Shown here piece by piece: positions 30,449 to 39,989 of a stretch of DNA of 51,282 nt. The position numbers and the translations under genes are program-made. Position 1 is the stretch's first letter. Each line of letters begins with the position of its first letter. The stretch is from Chitinispirillaceae bacterium. Lineage in GTDB: Bacteria > Fibrobacterota > Chitinivibrionia > Chitinivibrionales > Chitinispirillaceae. Location: the NCBI GenBank assembly GCA_035306725.1, contig DATGNN010000472.1, positions 1-51,282 of the forward strand, read 5' to 3'. The notes beneath the pieces are model-generated. The model made no database searches. It saw nothing but the letters and a program-made list of their open reading frames with translations, and was not told where the DNA came from.

Positions 30449-31588
30449 CTACCTCCAGTTCTCACCAATTACAGCAGCAAAATAATTAATTATATCATTA
30501 TTCTTTATATATATGATATCATTATTTATGGTAATCGCATTTAATTTTAAAAGCTGCGAAATCCCCGATTCAACCAATTGAGTTGCAGATACTTTTTTTA
30601 ACATTTCGATATTTCTATTTTCACTGCTCAAAAAATGCAAAAGTGAAGGTACATTTTCAGATATCTGGTTTATTGATACCTTTAATTTTCCTTTTATCAA
30701 AACCGCCACAATATGTATCGGCAAAGTACAAAAAAGTGAAAGAAAATTTTTATGAATCACTTCACCAGCTTTTTGCATTGAAACCCGATGTGCCGAAAAC
30801 TCATCCCTGGCATTCGGGATATGGTTTTTTTCAATGTCAACGATAGATCTTACAGAAACCGTTTCTTTAAAATCCACATAGACATCCCCAAATTTTTTTC
30901 CAGTATATCTGGAAAAAAGCATCGGAAGAAATGCCATAATATCAGCTCCAAAATAATATCCATTTCCAATGATACGCTTAAATATGTTATTACTTCTTCT
31001 CCTTAAGCTTTTTCCTTTTTGTAACAGGCCAAACCACGGAAGATCCGGAGGAAACTCATATGAAATAGATGCTATCAACAAATTTACATCATCAGAAAGA
31101 TTCTTTGCCTGACAAAGAATTGCAGCTCCAAGAACTCCACTCTTAATTTCCATAGCTTTTCCTGAATAACTCCTCCCACCTTCAGGAAAAACAATAACCG
31201 GTTCCCGGTTTTCCAGCATTGTAATTACATTCCTGCATAAATTACGAACATAATTACGTTCAAATCCATTATCCCTTTCCACAGTAAAAGCGCCCAGCGA
31301 TTTGAACCATGGACCGATTACAGGTAAACCTGTCAGATTGTCACCGGCAGCAAATCTAAGATTTTTAAAACCCATCTTGTGCAGGAGTATTCCTATCAGA
31401 ATATAATCAATATGACTCCTGTGAGTACTGATAACCATTAAAGGCCGTTTCTGGATTTTTGATGCATCCAGATATGGACCTCGAATATGAATATTACTGA
31501 AATTAGATTTAAAAAAATTATCAACGCTGTTATGAACACCGCAGACAACATCATGGTATGAACTCATGCACCAAACCTGCCATGACAA
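30449..31588 (-). CDS. PlsB/PlsC-type glycerolipid acyltransferase
   Basis: HRSHIDY (H-x4-D) and VFPEGGRSYSG blocks of the LPLAT superfamily. Start is TTG at 31588 or ATG at 31567. Its stop lies 2 nt from the start of the DAC gene. Confidence 0.75.
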   Translation of the reverse strand: MSWQVWCMSSYHDVVCGVHNSVDNFFKSNFSNIHIRGPYLDASKIQKRPLMVISTHRSHIDYILIGILLHKMGFKNLRFAAGDNLTGLPVIGPWFKSLGAFTVERDNGFERNYVRNLCRNVITMLENREPVIVFPEGGRSYSGKAMEIKSGVLGAAILCQAKNLSDDVNLLIASISYEFPPDLPWFGLLQKGKSLRRRSNNIFKRIIGNGYYFGADIMAFLPMLFSRYTGKKFGDVYVDFKETVSVRSIVDIEKNHIPNARDEFSAHRVSMQKAGEVIHKNFLSLFCTLPIHIVAVLIKGKLKVSINQISENVPSLLHFLSSENRNIEMLKKVSATQLVESGISQLLKLNAITINNDIIYIKNNDIINYFAAVIGENWR

Positions 31589-32088
31589 ATAATACTAAGA
31601 CAATTTATTAAAAATAGGATTTGTTACATCTAAAACCAAGTAATACCTATAACCGGATAATTAATTTAATCCTCGTACATTGAGCAAATTCGATATTCAA
31701 CCGGGAAAAATTTGTATATAAAACCAACAACAAGAAATATGCTGCAAACTCTTGGGGATCAAAATGCTTCAGAATTAAAATACATGATCATTACGTAAAA
31801 TAATTTCATGTAGTATTACTCTCTATATTCTTCAAAAAGCAAATATTATCACCAGACAGGTCAAATGATACAAAAACATTCTCCGATCGTGATAGCCATC
31901 AATTCATCTGTATTTGAAGTTACAAGCTCAAACAAGCAGTTTATCAAATCAGATAAAATTCTATATGGTAAGTTCATAATTTTTTTAGGGTGGGGAATAT
32001 TATAGATTTTAAACGTAGCGGGTATACTATTTCCACTTATGGCACACATTTTTTTGCAACAGTAACCTAAACAGATTAAACCAAAAAT

Positions 32089-32120
32089 GCTAAATTGAAT
32101 AATCAATTATTCAATTTAGC
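32089..32120 (-). terminator. intrinsic terminator of the zinc-ribbon gene
   Basis: Perfect inverted repeat: GCTAAATTGAATAAT (32089-32103) and ATTATTCAATTTAGC (32106-32120). On the minus strand it is followed by ATTTTTGG. The stem is AT-rich. Confidence 0.5.
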
Positions 32121-32238
32121 TATTCAGTTCTTTTACACAAATCTGCATACCCTTCTCTCCCATCGTTACACCTAGATACCCGAAAGACCAGATAAGGAAA
32201 GGGGGTATTTGGCCAAAATCTATTAAACTTTTAACTTT

Positions 32239-32691
32239 TCAGGCTACATCTTCAACGATTTCGCCATTGTTCTTTTCATCTTTATCTCTGTTTATTTCGA
32301 AACTTTCACCTTCACTTTTCATCTGTTCAATAAGATCTTCCCTTCCGATCAATTGTAAATGACGAACTCTTTTGTATTCATTACGGTGTTCCGGACAGTA
32401 TTTTGGATAAATATACTGGCGAGGATATATTTTGACTTCAAACTGATGATCACACCCTTCAAGTGCACAATTCATTACCATGGTAACAACTTCAGTATAA
32501 TTATGCTTGAATGTCTGATTTTTGATGTTTACATCTTCAGGCTTTGTCCTTTTTCGAATACGATACCTGTCCTGTCGATGCTCCGGACAATATTTCGAAA
32601 TATGGATTCCAAAAAAAATTTTTCCACAACCGGGATACTGACATTTTTTCTCCCGAAGCTTCTGACGTCTTCGTGACTTTGGTAATTGCAT
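32239..32691 (-). CDS. hypothetical protein with duplicated Cys/His zinc-ribbon-like motif
   Basis: GGAGG RBS. The motif C-x4-C ... KYCPEHR occurs twice: CQYPGCGKIF...KYCPEHRQDRY and CALEGCDHQF...KYCPEHRNEYK. Confidence 0.6.
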   Translation of the reverse strand: MQLPKSRRRQKLREKKCQYPGCGKIFFGIHISKYCPEHRQDRYRIRKRTKPEDVNIKNQTFKHNYTEVVTMVMNCALEGCDHQFEVKIYPRQYIYPKYCPEHRNEYKRVRHLQLIGREDLIEQMKSEGESFEINRDKDEKNNGEIVEDVA

Positions 32692-33165
32692 ATAAGGATA
32701 TCCTCCACCACTGAAAAAGGAATAAATGTTGAGGGTTGATAATTAATTGCTGGATTATTTTTATTTTTCATCAGGCGTTTATAATATATCGATAATTACT
32801 AAAAAAAGCAACTTATTAATGAATAATATTTTTGGCACATATTATCTTTCGTCCATTTTGTAAATTTGTAATGGCTTATTTTTCAATAAGTTATCATGTC
32901 TATTGACATCAATTGAAGAGAAACGTATTTTGGCACTTCAGACTTTGCAATTGGAACTACCGTTTTGTCAAAAGCTCTTTCATTCCGGATGTCACTGCCG
33001 AAACTCAGCAATCTGTAAAAAAACTAATCTCATATCTATTTCAAAAGAATCATTCAACATTATGTACCTTATCACTCCCAGATACTATAATTATATTTAA
33101 GAGTATTACTGAAATACCGATTACGAACGCTTTCGATCAATATTTACAATTCTTTAACGGTTATA

Positions 33166-34251
33166 ATGAAGTCTCAATCCGATATGGTCTCGATACCACA
33201 AAAAATTATTACAATTCCTCCTGTTCTTGATCGCAACTGGGTAGAACAATCCAATTCACTTTTATACGAGAAGAACAGGAATCTTATTCTTGACCTTTCC
33301 CAAACAGTAAGAATAGACTCGGCCGGATTATGCTTTATAAAGCTTCTGCACTTGCAATGTAAAAACTCGGGCAAAAAACTGATTCTTCGCAATATTTCAT
33401 CAGATCATCTTAATCTTCTAAAAACCTGTAATTTTTCACCTCAAGATAAAAAATCACCCGATTCTTTTAAAAACAACTTTATTGTAAATACAGGTGATAC
33501 CCTTATAAAATTTATGAATAATTCTATTCATGCCCTTTCAGTTTTAACCGAGATGCTATACTGGGGCACATTTGGCCTGTTAAAAAAACAGGATTTTAAA
33601 CGAGGAGCTCTTGGTGAACAGATGTATCAGTTGGGATACAAAGCATTTGGAATTGTAACATTATTGTCATTTCTAATCGGAATTGTGCTGTCCTTACAAT
33701 CTGCAATACAGTTAAGGAATTTTGGTGCTGGTATATTTCTGGCACCTCTGATAGGTATTACAATGGTTCGTGAAATGGGACCGCTTCTGACCGCAATCAT
33801 TCTTGCAGGTCGAACAGGAAGTGCTACAACTGCAGAAATTGCAACCATGGGAGTTGGTGAAGAGCTTGATGCACTCCAGACAATGGGTATTAACCCTATC
33901 CAGTTTGCTGTTGTTCCTAAATTCTGGGCAATATCCATTACTATGCCAATCCTTTCAATTCTGGCTACAGCAGCCGGTATTCTGGGAGGATTCCTTGTTG
34001 CGATTATATACCTTGACCTCTCATCATCCATTTTCTGGGGAGAACTCAGCAAGCATCTGCATTTAAGGGATCTTAATGCAGGATTTATTAAATCAGTAGT
34101 TTTTTCGTGGTTAATAGTATGGATTGGTTCATATTACGGCCTTAGAGTCAAAGGTGGTGCAGAGGCTGTTGGACGGGAAACTACTGCCAGCGTTGTTACA
34201 GGTATTTTTATCATTATTCTGGCTGATGCAATTTTCTCATTTATTTTGTAA
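33166..34251 (+). CDS. mlaE: MlaE-type ABC permease with N-terminal STAS (MlaB-like) domain
   Basis: The C-terminal 250 aa carry REMGPLLTAIILAGRTGSATTAEIATMGVGEELDAL, the MlaE/YrbE signature. The N-terminal 95 aa (LILDLSQTVRIDSAGLCFI) are STAS-like. Confidence 0.85.
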   Translation: MKSQSDMVSIPQKIITIPPVLDRNWVEQSNSLLYEKNRNLILDLSQTVRIDSAGLCFIKLLHLQCKNSGKKLILRNISSDHLNLLKTCNFSPQDKKSPDSFKNNFIVNTGDTLIKFMNNSIHALSVLTEMLYWGTFGLLKKQDFKRGALGEQMYQLGYKAFGIVTLLSFLIGIVLSLQSAIQLRNFGAGIFLAPLIGITMVREMGPLLTAIILAGRTGSATTAEIATMGVGEELDALQTMGINPIQFAVVPKFWAISITMPILSILATAAGILGGFLVAIIYLDLSSSIFWGELSKHLHLRDLNAGFIKSVVFSWLIVWIGSYYGLRVKGGAEAVGRETTASVVTGIFIIILADAIFSFIL

Positions 34252-34260
34252 GGTTTTATT

Positions 34261-35067
34261 GTGCTGAATCCTTTAAAAAAAGATATTGTCAGAATTAATA
34301 ATCTGGTAGTCAAATATGGTGAAAATACCATTCTTAATGATATTTCAACCCATTTTTATTCATCAGAAATAAGGGTGATTCTAGGAACATCAGGATGTGG
34401 AAAAACAACTCTTCTTAAATCAATTATTGGATTACTGAAACCCTTTTCTGGAACAGTTTATATAGAAAATACACAAATTAAAGATCAGGATGATCCTGAA
34501 ACGGTTAAGATTTTGAAAAAAATCGGAGTTCTTTTTCAAAACGGCGCATTGCTTGGTTCAATGACAGTTGAAGAAAATGTAGCATTACCTCTTCAAATGC
34601 ATACAAATCTGCCTGATTCCGTTATTAAAGAGATCGTCCAATTAAAACTGGCCCAGGTAGATCTTCCAAATGCTGCTAACCTGTACCCCGGAGAACTTTC
34701 TGGTGGAATGAAAAAACGAGCAGCTCTTGCACGCGCTCTTGCCCTTGATCCTCCTTTACTGTTTTGCGATGAACCATCAGCCGGACTGGATCCGGTAACT
34801 TCTGCAGGACTGGATGAATTACTCCTCAAGATTCGAAAAACTCTTGGAATTACAATAATTGTTGTTACACATGAACTGTTATCTATAGAAAAGATCGCAG
34901 ATAATATCACATTTTTAAGCAAAGGTGCTCTGTTGTTTGATGGCCCGCTCAAAGATGCACTTGCTCTTGAAAGAGGGCCTATTGTCGACTTTTTTAAAAG
35001 ACACGAACCAAATAATAAATTTCATCAATCCAATACCACCGACTTTTTTGTGGAGAACATTAAATGA
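34261..35067 (+). CDS. mlaF: MlaF-type ABC ATPase
   Basis: GTG start. Walker A GTSGCGKTT, signature LSGGMKKR and Walker B LLFCDEPSAGLDP. Confidence 0.9.
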   Translation: MLNPLKKDIVRINNLVVKYGENTILNDISTHFYSSEIRVILGTSGCGKTTLLKSIIGLLKPFSGTVYIENTQIKDQDDPETVKILKKIGVLFQNGALLGSMTVEENVALPLQMHTNLPDSVIKEIVQLKLAQVDLPNAANLYPGELSGGMKKRAALARALALDPPLLFCDEPSAGLDPVTSAGLDELLLKIRKTLGITIIVVTHELLSIEKIADNITFLSKGALLFDGPLKDALALERGPIVDFFKRHEPNNKFHQSNTTDFFVENIK

Positions 35068-35981
35068 GTATATCACGATCTCAACGTGCACGACTTGGAG
35101 TGTTTGTAATTGCAGGTATAGTTCTTCTGGCTGTTTTTACAGCAATTCCACTGGGATTAAAATTAACCGACAGATATAATAGCTATATCGCTTTCTTTGA
35201 AGGTGAATCATTAAGCGGCCTTGAACAGGGTGCAGTAGTAAAATTTAACGGAGTACCAATTGGAAAAGTTGAAAAAATCTCATATTCGCCATCCGACCTT
35301 TCAAGAGTACGCGTAGAATTCAGAATTCAGGAAGACTTTCCCATGAAAGTTGATATGGTTGCCACAAGCGGTTCAATGGGTATTACAGGACTTAAGTATG
35401 TCGAAATAACAGGCGGGAGCAACGAGTCGGAACTTTTAAAACCTGGTTCTGAAATACCTACACGCATTTCCACATTTTCTTCTATTACCGGAAAAGCAGA
35501 ATCAATAGTTGCAAAAATAGAACTTTTACTTAATCATCTCAATCAGATCTCAAATCCTGACAGTTTACGCAATATAAAAACGATTCTGGATAATGTAGCA
35601 GATATAACTTTTAACGTAAATGGATTTGTGAAAGAATCAGCTCCACAAATTAATGGAATAGCCTCCTCATCACAAAACATATTGACAAAGATTGACAATA
35701 TTGCTTCAGATGTTAAACTTTTAACAGGATCATTCAGCAGCACGATTTCTGCCGATCGCATAAATTCTACATTCAATGAGATTGATTCAACCGTACTTTC
35801 TTTGAAAAATCTGTCTATAGACCTGTCTTTAATGATACGACAAAGCAGAGAAGATTTTATTGTAGGAATGGAAAATATCAGGGAAGCAACTGAAAATGCA
35901 AATCAGTTAACCAAAATTCTGGCAGAAAATCCTTCATTGCTGCTAAGAGGTGAATCGCAAAAACGAAGGGAAATCCGATGA
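35064..35981 (+). CDS. mlaD: MlaD/MCE-domain substrate-binding protein
   Basis: An N-terminal TM helix is followed by the MCE domain (LSGLEQGAVVKFNGVPIGKVEKI) and a long helical C-terminus. It overlaps both neighbours by 4 nt. Confidence 0.8.
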   Translation: MSISRSQRARLGVFVIAGIVLLAVFTAIPLGLKLTDRYNSYIAFFEGESLSGLEQGAVVKFNGVPIGKVEKISYSPSDLSRVRVEFRIQEDFPMKVDMVATSGSMGITGLKYVEITGGSNESELLKPGSEIPTRISTFSSITGKAESIVAKIELLLNHLNQISNPDSLRNIKTILDNVADITFNVNGFVKESAPQINGIASSSQNILTKIDNIASDVKLLTGSFSSTISADRINSTFNEIDSTVLSLKNLSIDLSLMIRQSREDFIVGMENIREATENANQLTKILAENPSLLLRGESQKRREIR

Positions 35982-36676
35982 AAAAACGGATCGTCTGGCT
36001 GCTTCTGTTCAACTTGATGGCTGCTGTTATAATCACAATTTCAGGTTGTGGGAAAGTCCCAGTCAAGGAGTATTACATTCTAAACTACTTGCCAAATACA
36101 GATAAAAACAAGGTGCAACAAAAGCCATATCAAGTCACGATCAGATTGAAAGAGTTTGATATTGAAGAAGCTTACAACCGGCCTCAAATTGTATACCGGC
36201 AAAGCCCGTTTCAACTCAGATATTATATATACCGTGTCTGGGCTGTTAAACCAACCAGAATGATAACTGATCTGGTTTATAAACACCTCAGTTCTGCAAA
36301 TCTTGTAAGCAGTATTATCAGAAGATTTGATGAAGGTCCCAGGCCTGATTATGAATTGTCTGGCATGATTGAAGCCCTGGAAGAATATGACAGCGATGAA
36401 TTATGGTTCGCGCATCTGGCATTCAGACTCAGGCTTGTACGATTAAATGATGGCAAAACAGTTTATACCCGCCGCTTTGACCATCGGAAACGGGTTTTCC
36501 AACAAGAACCAGAGTACGTAATCCGTGAGATGTCCTCATTAATGGAATATTCAATGGCACAGGCAATCAATGATATAGATGTCAGGCTTGCTGAAGAACT
36601 TGGTTACAACAGGTTACAAATTACTCCTCAAACCGAACCATCAACAGAAGATACCTCAATAATCGAGGATGAATAA
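35978..36676 (+). CDS. ABC-transport auxiliary lipoprotein (PqiC/DUF330-like)
   Basis: Lipobox ITISGC followed by YYIL, typical of the DUF330/PqiC family. It is translationally coupled to the MCE gene. Confidence 0.7.
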   Translation: MKKRIVWLLLFNLMAAVIITISGCGKVPVKEYYILNYLPNTDKNKVQQKPYQVTIRLKEFDIEEAYNRPQIVYRQSPFQLRYYIYRVWAVKPTRMITDLVYKHLSSANLVSSIIRRFDEGPRPDYELSGMIEALEEYDSDELWFAHLAFRLRLVRLNDGKTVYTRRFDHRKRVFQQEPEYVIREMSSLMEYSMAQAINDIDVRLAEELGYNRLQITPQTEPSTEDTSIIEDE

Positions 36677-36678
36677 CT

Positions 36679-38412
36679 ATGACACCAATTTTATCTCTTC
36701 TTTTCATTAGCTTTTTATTTATCGTCTCTTTTGGTGAATTGCCCCCGGAATTACCCGGGGAAGAGATAAAACAGGAAGATATTAACTGGTTGCTTCCAAA
36801 TGATTCTATTCCCTTAACAGAAAAAACTGTAAAAAAACCTCTTACCTGGTATGATAAAGCTGCAAAAACATGGCTTGCACCTCCTCTGTCGGAACAGATG
36901 GCTTCAGACAGAACAAACATTCCAATAGGTAAAGGTGCTGTTTTTATTCCCAGATTCTCTGATCCGGAAAATGAACCTGATATTGAAATTGTCGGTCCTG
37001 ATGGATCAATTTTGACCACTGGCAAATCAGGTTCCTCCATACCACTTGAACCGGGCAATTATCATATTATTCTTGGAAACGGAACACACAGGCAAAGAAT
37101 CACTCGTCAAATCGAAGTCATTGAATCCAAAACAGTTCCTGTTCTTCCCGATTGGTCCGGATTGCGTATTGAAACAGTAGACACAACAGCAACATCTTTC
37201 AGAGGTGAATATGAGCTGGTACGAATCGATAAATTTCAACCTTTTGGAAGGGAGTTCGGTGCAGATCCCGTGTTGGGAGAATCTGTTAAAACATGGATAC
37301 TTAAACCTGGCACTTATAAAATACTTGGAAGAGGTGAAGGTTATAATACTATGGTTAATTTCATTACAGTGCGTCTGCTTCCAGGTGAGTTGGTAAATTT
37401 AACTCTTGTACAACGTCCTGAAGATGGAATTATACTGGGTGGTGGAAATATAAATTTAACAACAGGAACCAACCTTACTTCAAACTGGAAATACGGCGCA
37501 AACATCGGTGGTACGATACAATTTAACGGAGAGATTGACAAGAGAGAGGAACATGGCAGTTCGATATCATCAATCCTGAGTTTCAGGGCAAATTTATGGG
37601 TAACTTACAATAAAGAACCTTATGAATGGTCTTCATATTTACGTCTTGACCAGGGGTTTAATCTTTCTGAAAGAAATTTTACCGATATATCAAGTGGTGC
37701 AGATGATTTCAGAATTTCTACTCTTTTTATATGGAGATTTCTACCATGGTTTGGTCCTTACGGCCGTGTTGAAATGAACACGAATTTATTACCAAGACGA
37801 ATCAGGCGTGACAATTTTAATGAATTCTGCATAATAAATAAAGATTCAAGCATTAACCTGGACTGTTTCGATTCCACATCATCAGTTACAATAGGCCCTT
37901 CCTTTTCTCCTTTCATTGTCGAAGCTGGAGCTGGAACAAATCTTGATCTTCTTAGCACCAGTTTTGTGGACCTTAAGTTCAGAGCCGGAACAGGAGCTTC
38001 ATATAGTAAATTCTCAAACAATTACAGAAGTATTAATCTACAATCAACAGATACTGCCCAAATTGATGAATCAATTGACTATAACCGCCTTAACAACAGT
38101 TTAATCCTTACACCTGAAAACAAAACAAGTGTTTTCGAATTCGGTCCACAAGCATCAATGAGTACAAGTATCCGAATCGGGAGGCTGGGAACTGCAGGTG
38201 CTGAATTGAAAGTTTTCGCACCGATTGTACCAGAAATGCGATTTACACGTCCCGATTATGAGCTGATAACAACCTTAAGCTGGCATCTTACAAGTGCAAT
38301 CACACTGGACTATGATTTTAATTACCAGTTGAAACAACCCGATGACAAAGATGCTCAAATTGAAAAAAGTATCCATAGAATCTGGTTAAGGTTTTCATAT
38401 GCCAGCAGATAA
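36679..38412 (+). CDS. predicted outer-membrane protein: two PEGA/carboxypeptidase-regulatory-like N-terminal modules plus a C-terminal beta-barrel-like half
   Basis: Signal peptide MTPILSLLFISFLFIVSFG. Two repeated modules are seen (LEPGNYHIILGNG and LKPGTYKILGRGEG). The C-terminal 300 aa have alternating hydrophobic beta-strand periodicity and end WLRFSYASR. The start lies 3 nt after the lipoprotein stop. Confidence 0.55.
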   Translation: MTPILSLLFISFLFIVSFGELPPELPGEEIKQEDINWLLPNDSIPLTEKTVKKPLTWYDKAAKTWLAPPLSEQMASDRTNIPIGKGAVFIPRFSDPENEPDIEIVGPDGSILTTGKSGSSIPLEPGNYHIILGNGTHRQRITRQIEVIESKTVPVLPDWSGLRIETVDTTATSFRGEYELVRIDKFQPFGREFGADPVLGESVKTWILKPGTYKILGRGEGYNTMVNFITVRLLPGELVNLTLVQRPEDGIILGGGNINLTTGTNLTSNWKYGANIGGTIQFNGEIDKREEHGSSISSILSFRANLWVTYNKEPYEWSSYLRLDQGFNLSERNFTDISSGADDFRISTLFIWRFLPWFGPYGRVEMNTNLLPRRIRRDNFNEFCIINKDSSINLDCFDSTSSVTIGPSFSPFIVEAGAGTNLDLLSTSFVDLKFRAGTGASYSKFSNNYRSINLQSTDTAQIDESIDYNRLNNSLILTPENKTSVFEFGPQASMSTSIRIGRLGTAGAELKVFAPIVPEMRFTRPDYELITTLSWHLTSAITLDYDFNYQLKQPDDKDAQIEKSIHRIWLRFSYASR

Positions 38413-38456
38413 TTAAAGATACGCGTAATCTAACACAACACTATGGTAAAAATTTT

Positions 38457-39971
38457 TCAGTTAATAATGTCCCGTGATGATCTTCCATATATTCTTGAAT
38501 ATTCAGCCAATTTTTGCATCTGATTATGACTCAGCTGTTCTTGTGATACTCTCCATTCCCAATTTCCATGAGGTACAGCAGGCTGATTCATCCTGCTGGC
38601 TGAATCAAGCATGAGTATATCCTGAAGCGGGATAATTGCTATATCAGCAACTGAACTTTGTGCAAGCCGAATCAATTCCCACACGACCACTTCATCTGAA
38701 CATGGACCACCAATATACTGATACAAACGTTCGATTTCATCTTTACCGGCTTCATTCTTGAACCATCCAAGCGTAGTATTATTATCGTGTGTTCCTGTAT
38801 ATACTACACAATTGCGTTCATAGTTATGAGGCAAATAAGGGTTTTCCGGATTATCTTCACCAAACGCAAAATGCAGCACTTTCATTCCTGGTAATCCATA
38901 ATGCGATTTAACTTCAACCACATCGGGAGTAATAATACCCAGATCTTCAGCAATAACAGGAAATCCAGGGAAATATTTGATCATTGTATCAATAAAATTC
39001 TTTACCGGAACATCATTCCATTTACCATTAATGGCAGTCTTTTCTCCTGCAGGAATTTCCCAATACTGAACCAAACCTCTGAAATGATCAATTCTCACAA
39101 TATCAAATCTCGAAAGCATTATGTTCATTCGCTGAACCCACCACTTGAAATCTGTTTTAAGCAAGGCATCCCATGAATAAACCGGATTATTCCAGAGCTG
39201 GCCAGTTGAACTAAAGTAATCCGGGGGAACACCTGAAACACCACTGGGCTCTCCATCTTCATTTAATTTGAACAGGTTTCGATTAACCCATACATCAGAA
39301 CTCTCAAAACTGACATAAATTGGAATATCTCCTATGACAGTTATTCCTTTACTCATACAATACTGTTTCAGTTTTATCCACTGTTTAAAGAAGATATACT
39401 GCAGGAATTTTTCCTGTCTCAGTGCATCTGCTTCTACAGATGCAATAGTGGTAAGTTCAGTTACATCCCGACTTTTCAGCATCATGGGCCATTTATTCCA
39501 GGCCAAAGTTCCCAGGCGTTTTCCTATTACCATGAACAATGCGTAATCATTGAGCCAAAATGATTGTTGGGAACAAAAATTTTCATAAAGTTCATCTGTT
39601 CCTGAACCAATCCAGTTTTTGTAAGCTTTATCCAGAACAGAATATTTGTATTGACGAACAGCATTATAATCGACTCTGTTTGCCGGAAATTTTATATTAT
39701 GTCTAATATCTTGCTTGCTTATTAATCCATCATCAACCAACGAATGTAAACTGATTAAAAGAGGATTACCTGCAAAAGCCGAGCTGCTGAAATAAGGTGA
39801 TTCCCCATTATCTGCATTACTTGGATTAAGCGGAAGCACCTGCCAGTATTTTTGACCTGAATTACAAAGCATGTCAACAAAGTGATATGCATTTAACCCC
39901 AAATCCCCAACCCCCTCATTTGAGGGCAGGGATGTTATATGTAACAGAATGCCACTACCACGATCAAACAT
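38457..39971 (-). CDS. malQ: 4-alpha-glucanotransferase (amylomaltase, GH77)
   Basis: 504 aa with GILLHITSLPS, RIDHFRG and GTHDNNT, typical MalQ blocks. Confidence 0.92.
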   Translation of the reverse strand: MFDRGSGILLHITSLPSNEGVGDLGLNAYHFVDMLCNSGQKYWQVLPLNPSNADNGESPYFSSSAFAGNPLLISLHSLVDDGLISKQDIRHNIKFPANRVDYNAVRQYKYSVLDKAYKNWIGSGTDELYENFCSQQSFWLNDYALFMVIGKRLGTLAWNKWPMMLKSRDVTELTTIASVEADALRQEKFLQYIFFKQWIKLKQYCMSKGITVIGDIPIYVSFESSDVWVNRNLFKLNEDGEPSGVSGVPPDYFSSTGQLWNNPVYSWDALLKTDFKWWVQRMNIMLSRFDIVRIDHFRGLVQYWEIPAGEKTAINGKWNDVPVKNFIDTMIKYFPGFPVIAEDLGIITPDVVEVKSHYGLPGMKVLHFAFGEDNPENPYLPHNYERNCVVYTGTHDNNTTLGWFKNEAGKDEIERLYQYIGGPCSDEVVVWELIRLAQSSVADIAIIPLQDILMLDSASRMNQPAVPHGNWEWRVSQEQLSHNQMQKLAEYSRIYGRSSRDIIN

Positions 39972-39989
39972 AAAAAATATCCTCTTTCC

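Noticed and set aside
31861-32106. 81-aa ORF in the 650-nt spacer between the acyltransferase and zinc-ribbon genes (similar cases: 3809-4003, 32903-33230, 48022-48216, 43238-43420)
   Set aside because: They have no Shine-Dalgarno sequence, odd Cys/Ile-rich translations, and overlap likely terminator or promoter sequence. I treated them as chance ORFs in AT-rich DNA.
33627-34052. 141-aa ORF antisense to mlaE (similar antisense ORFs lie in mlaF, the MCE gene, the OMP gene, pgi, treS and the GH-like gene)
   Set aside because: They are antisense shadows inside genes with clear family signatures. None has an RBS or a recognisable domain.
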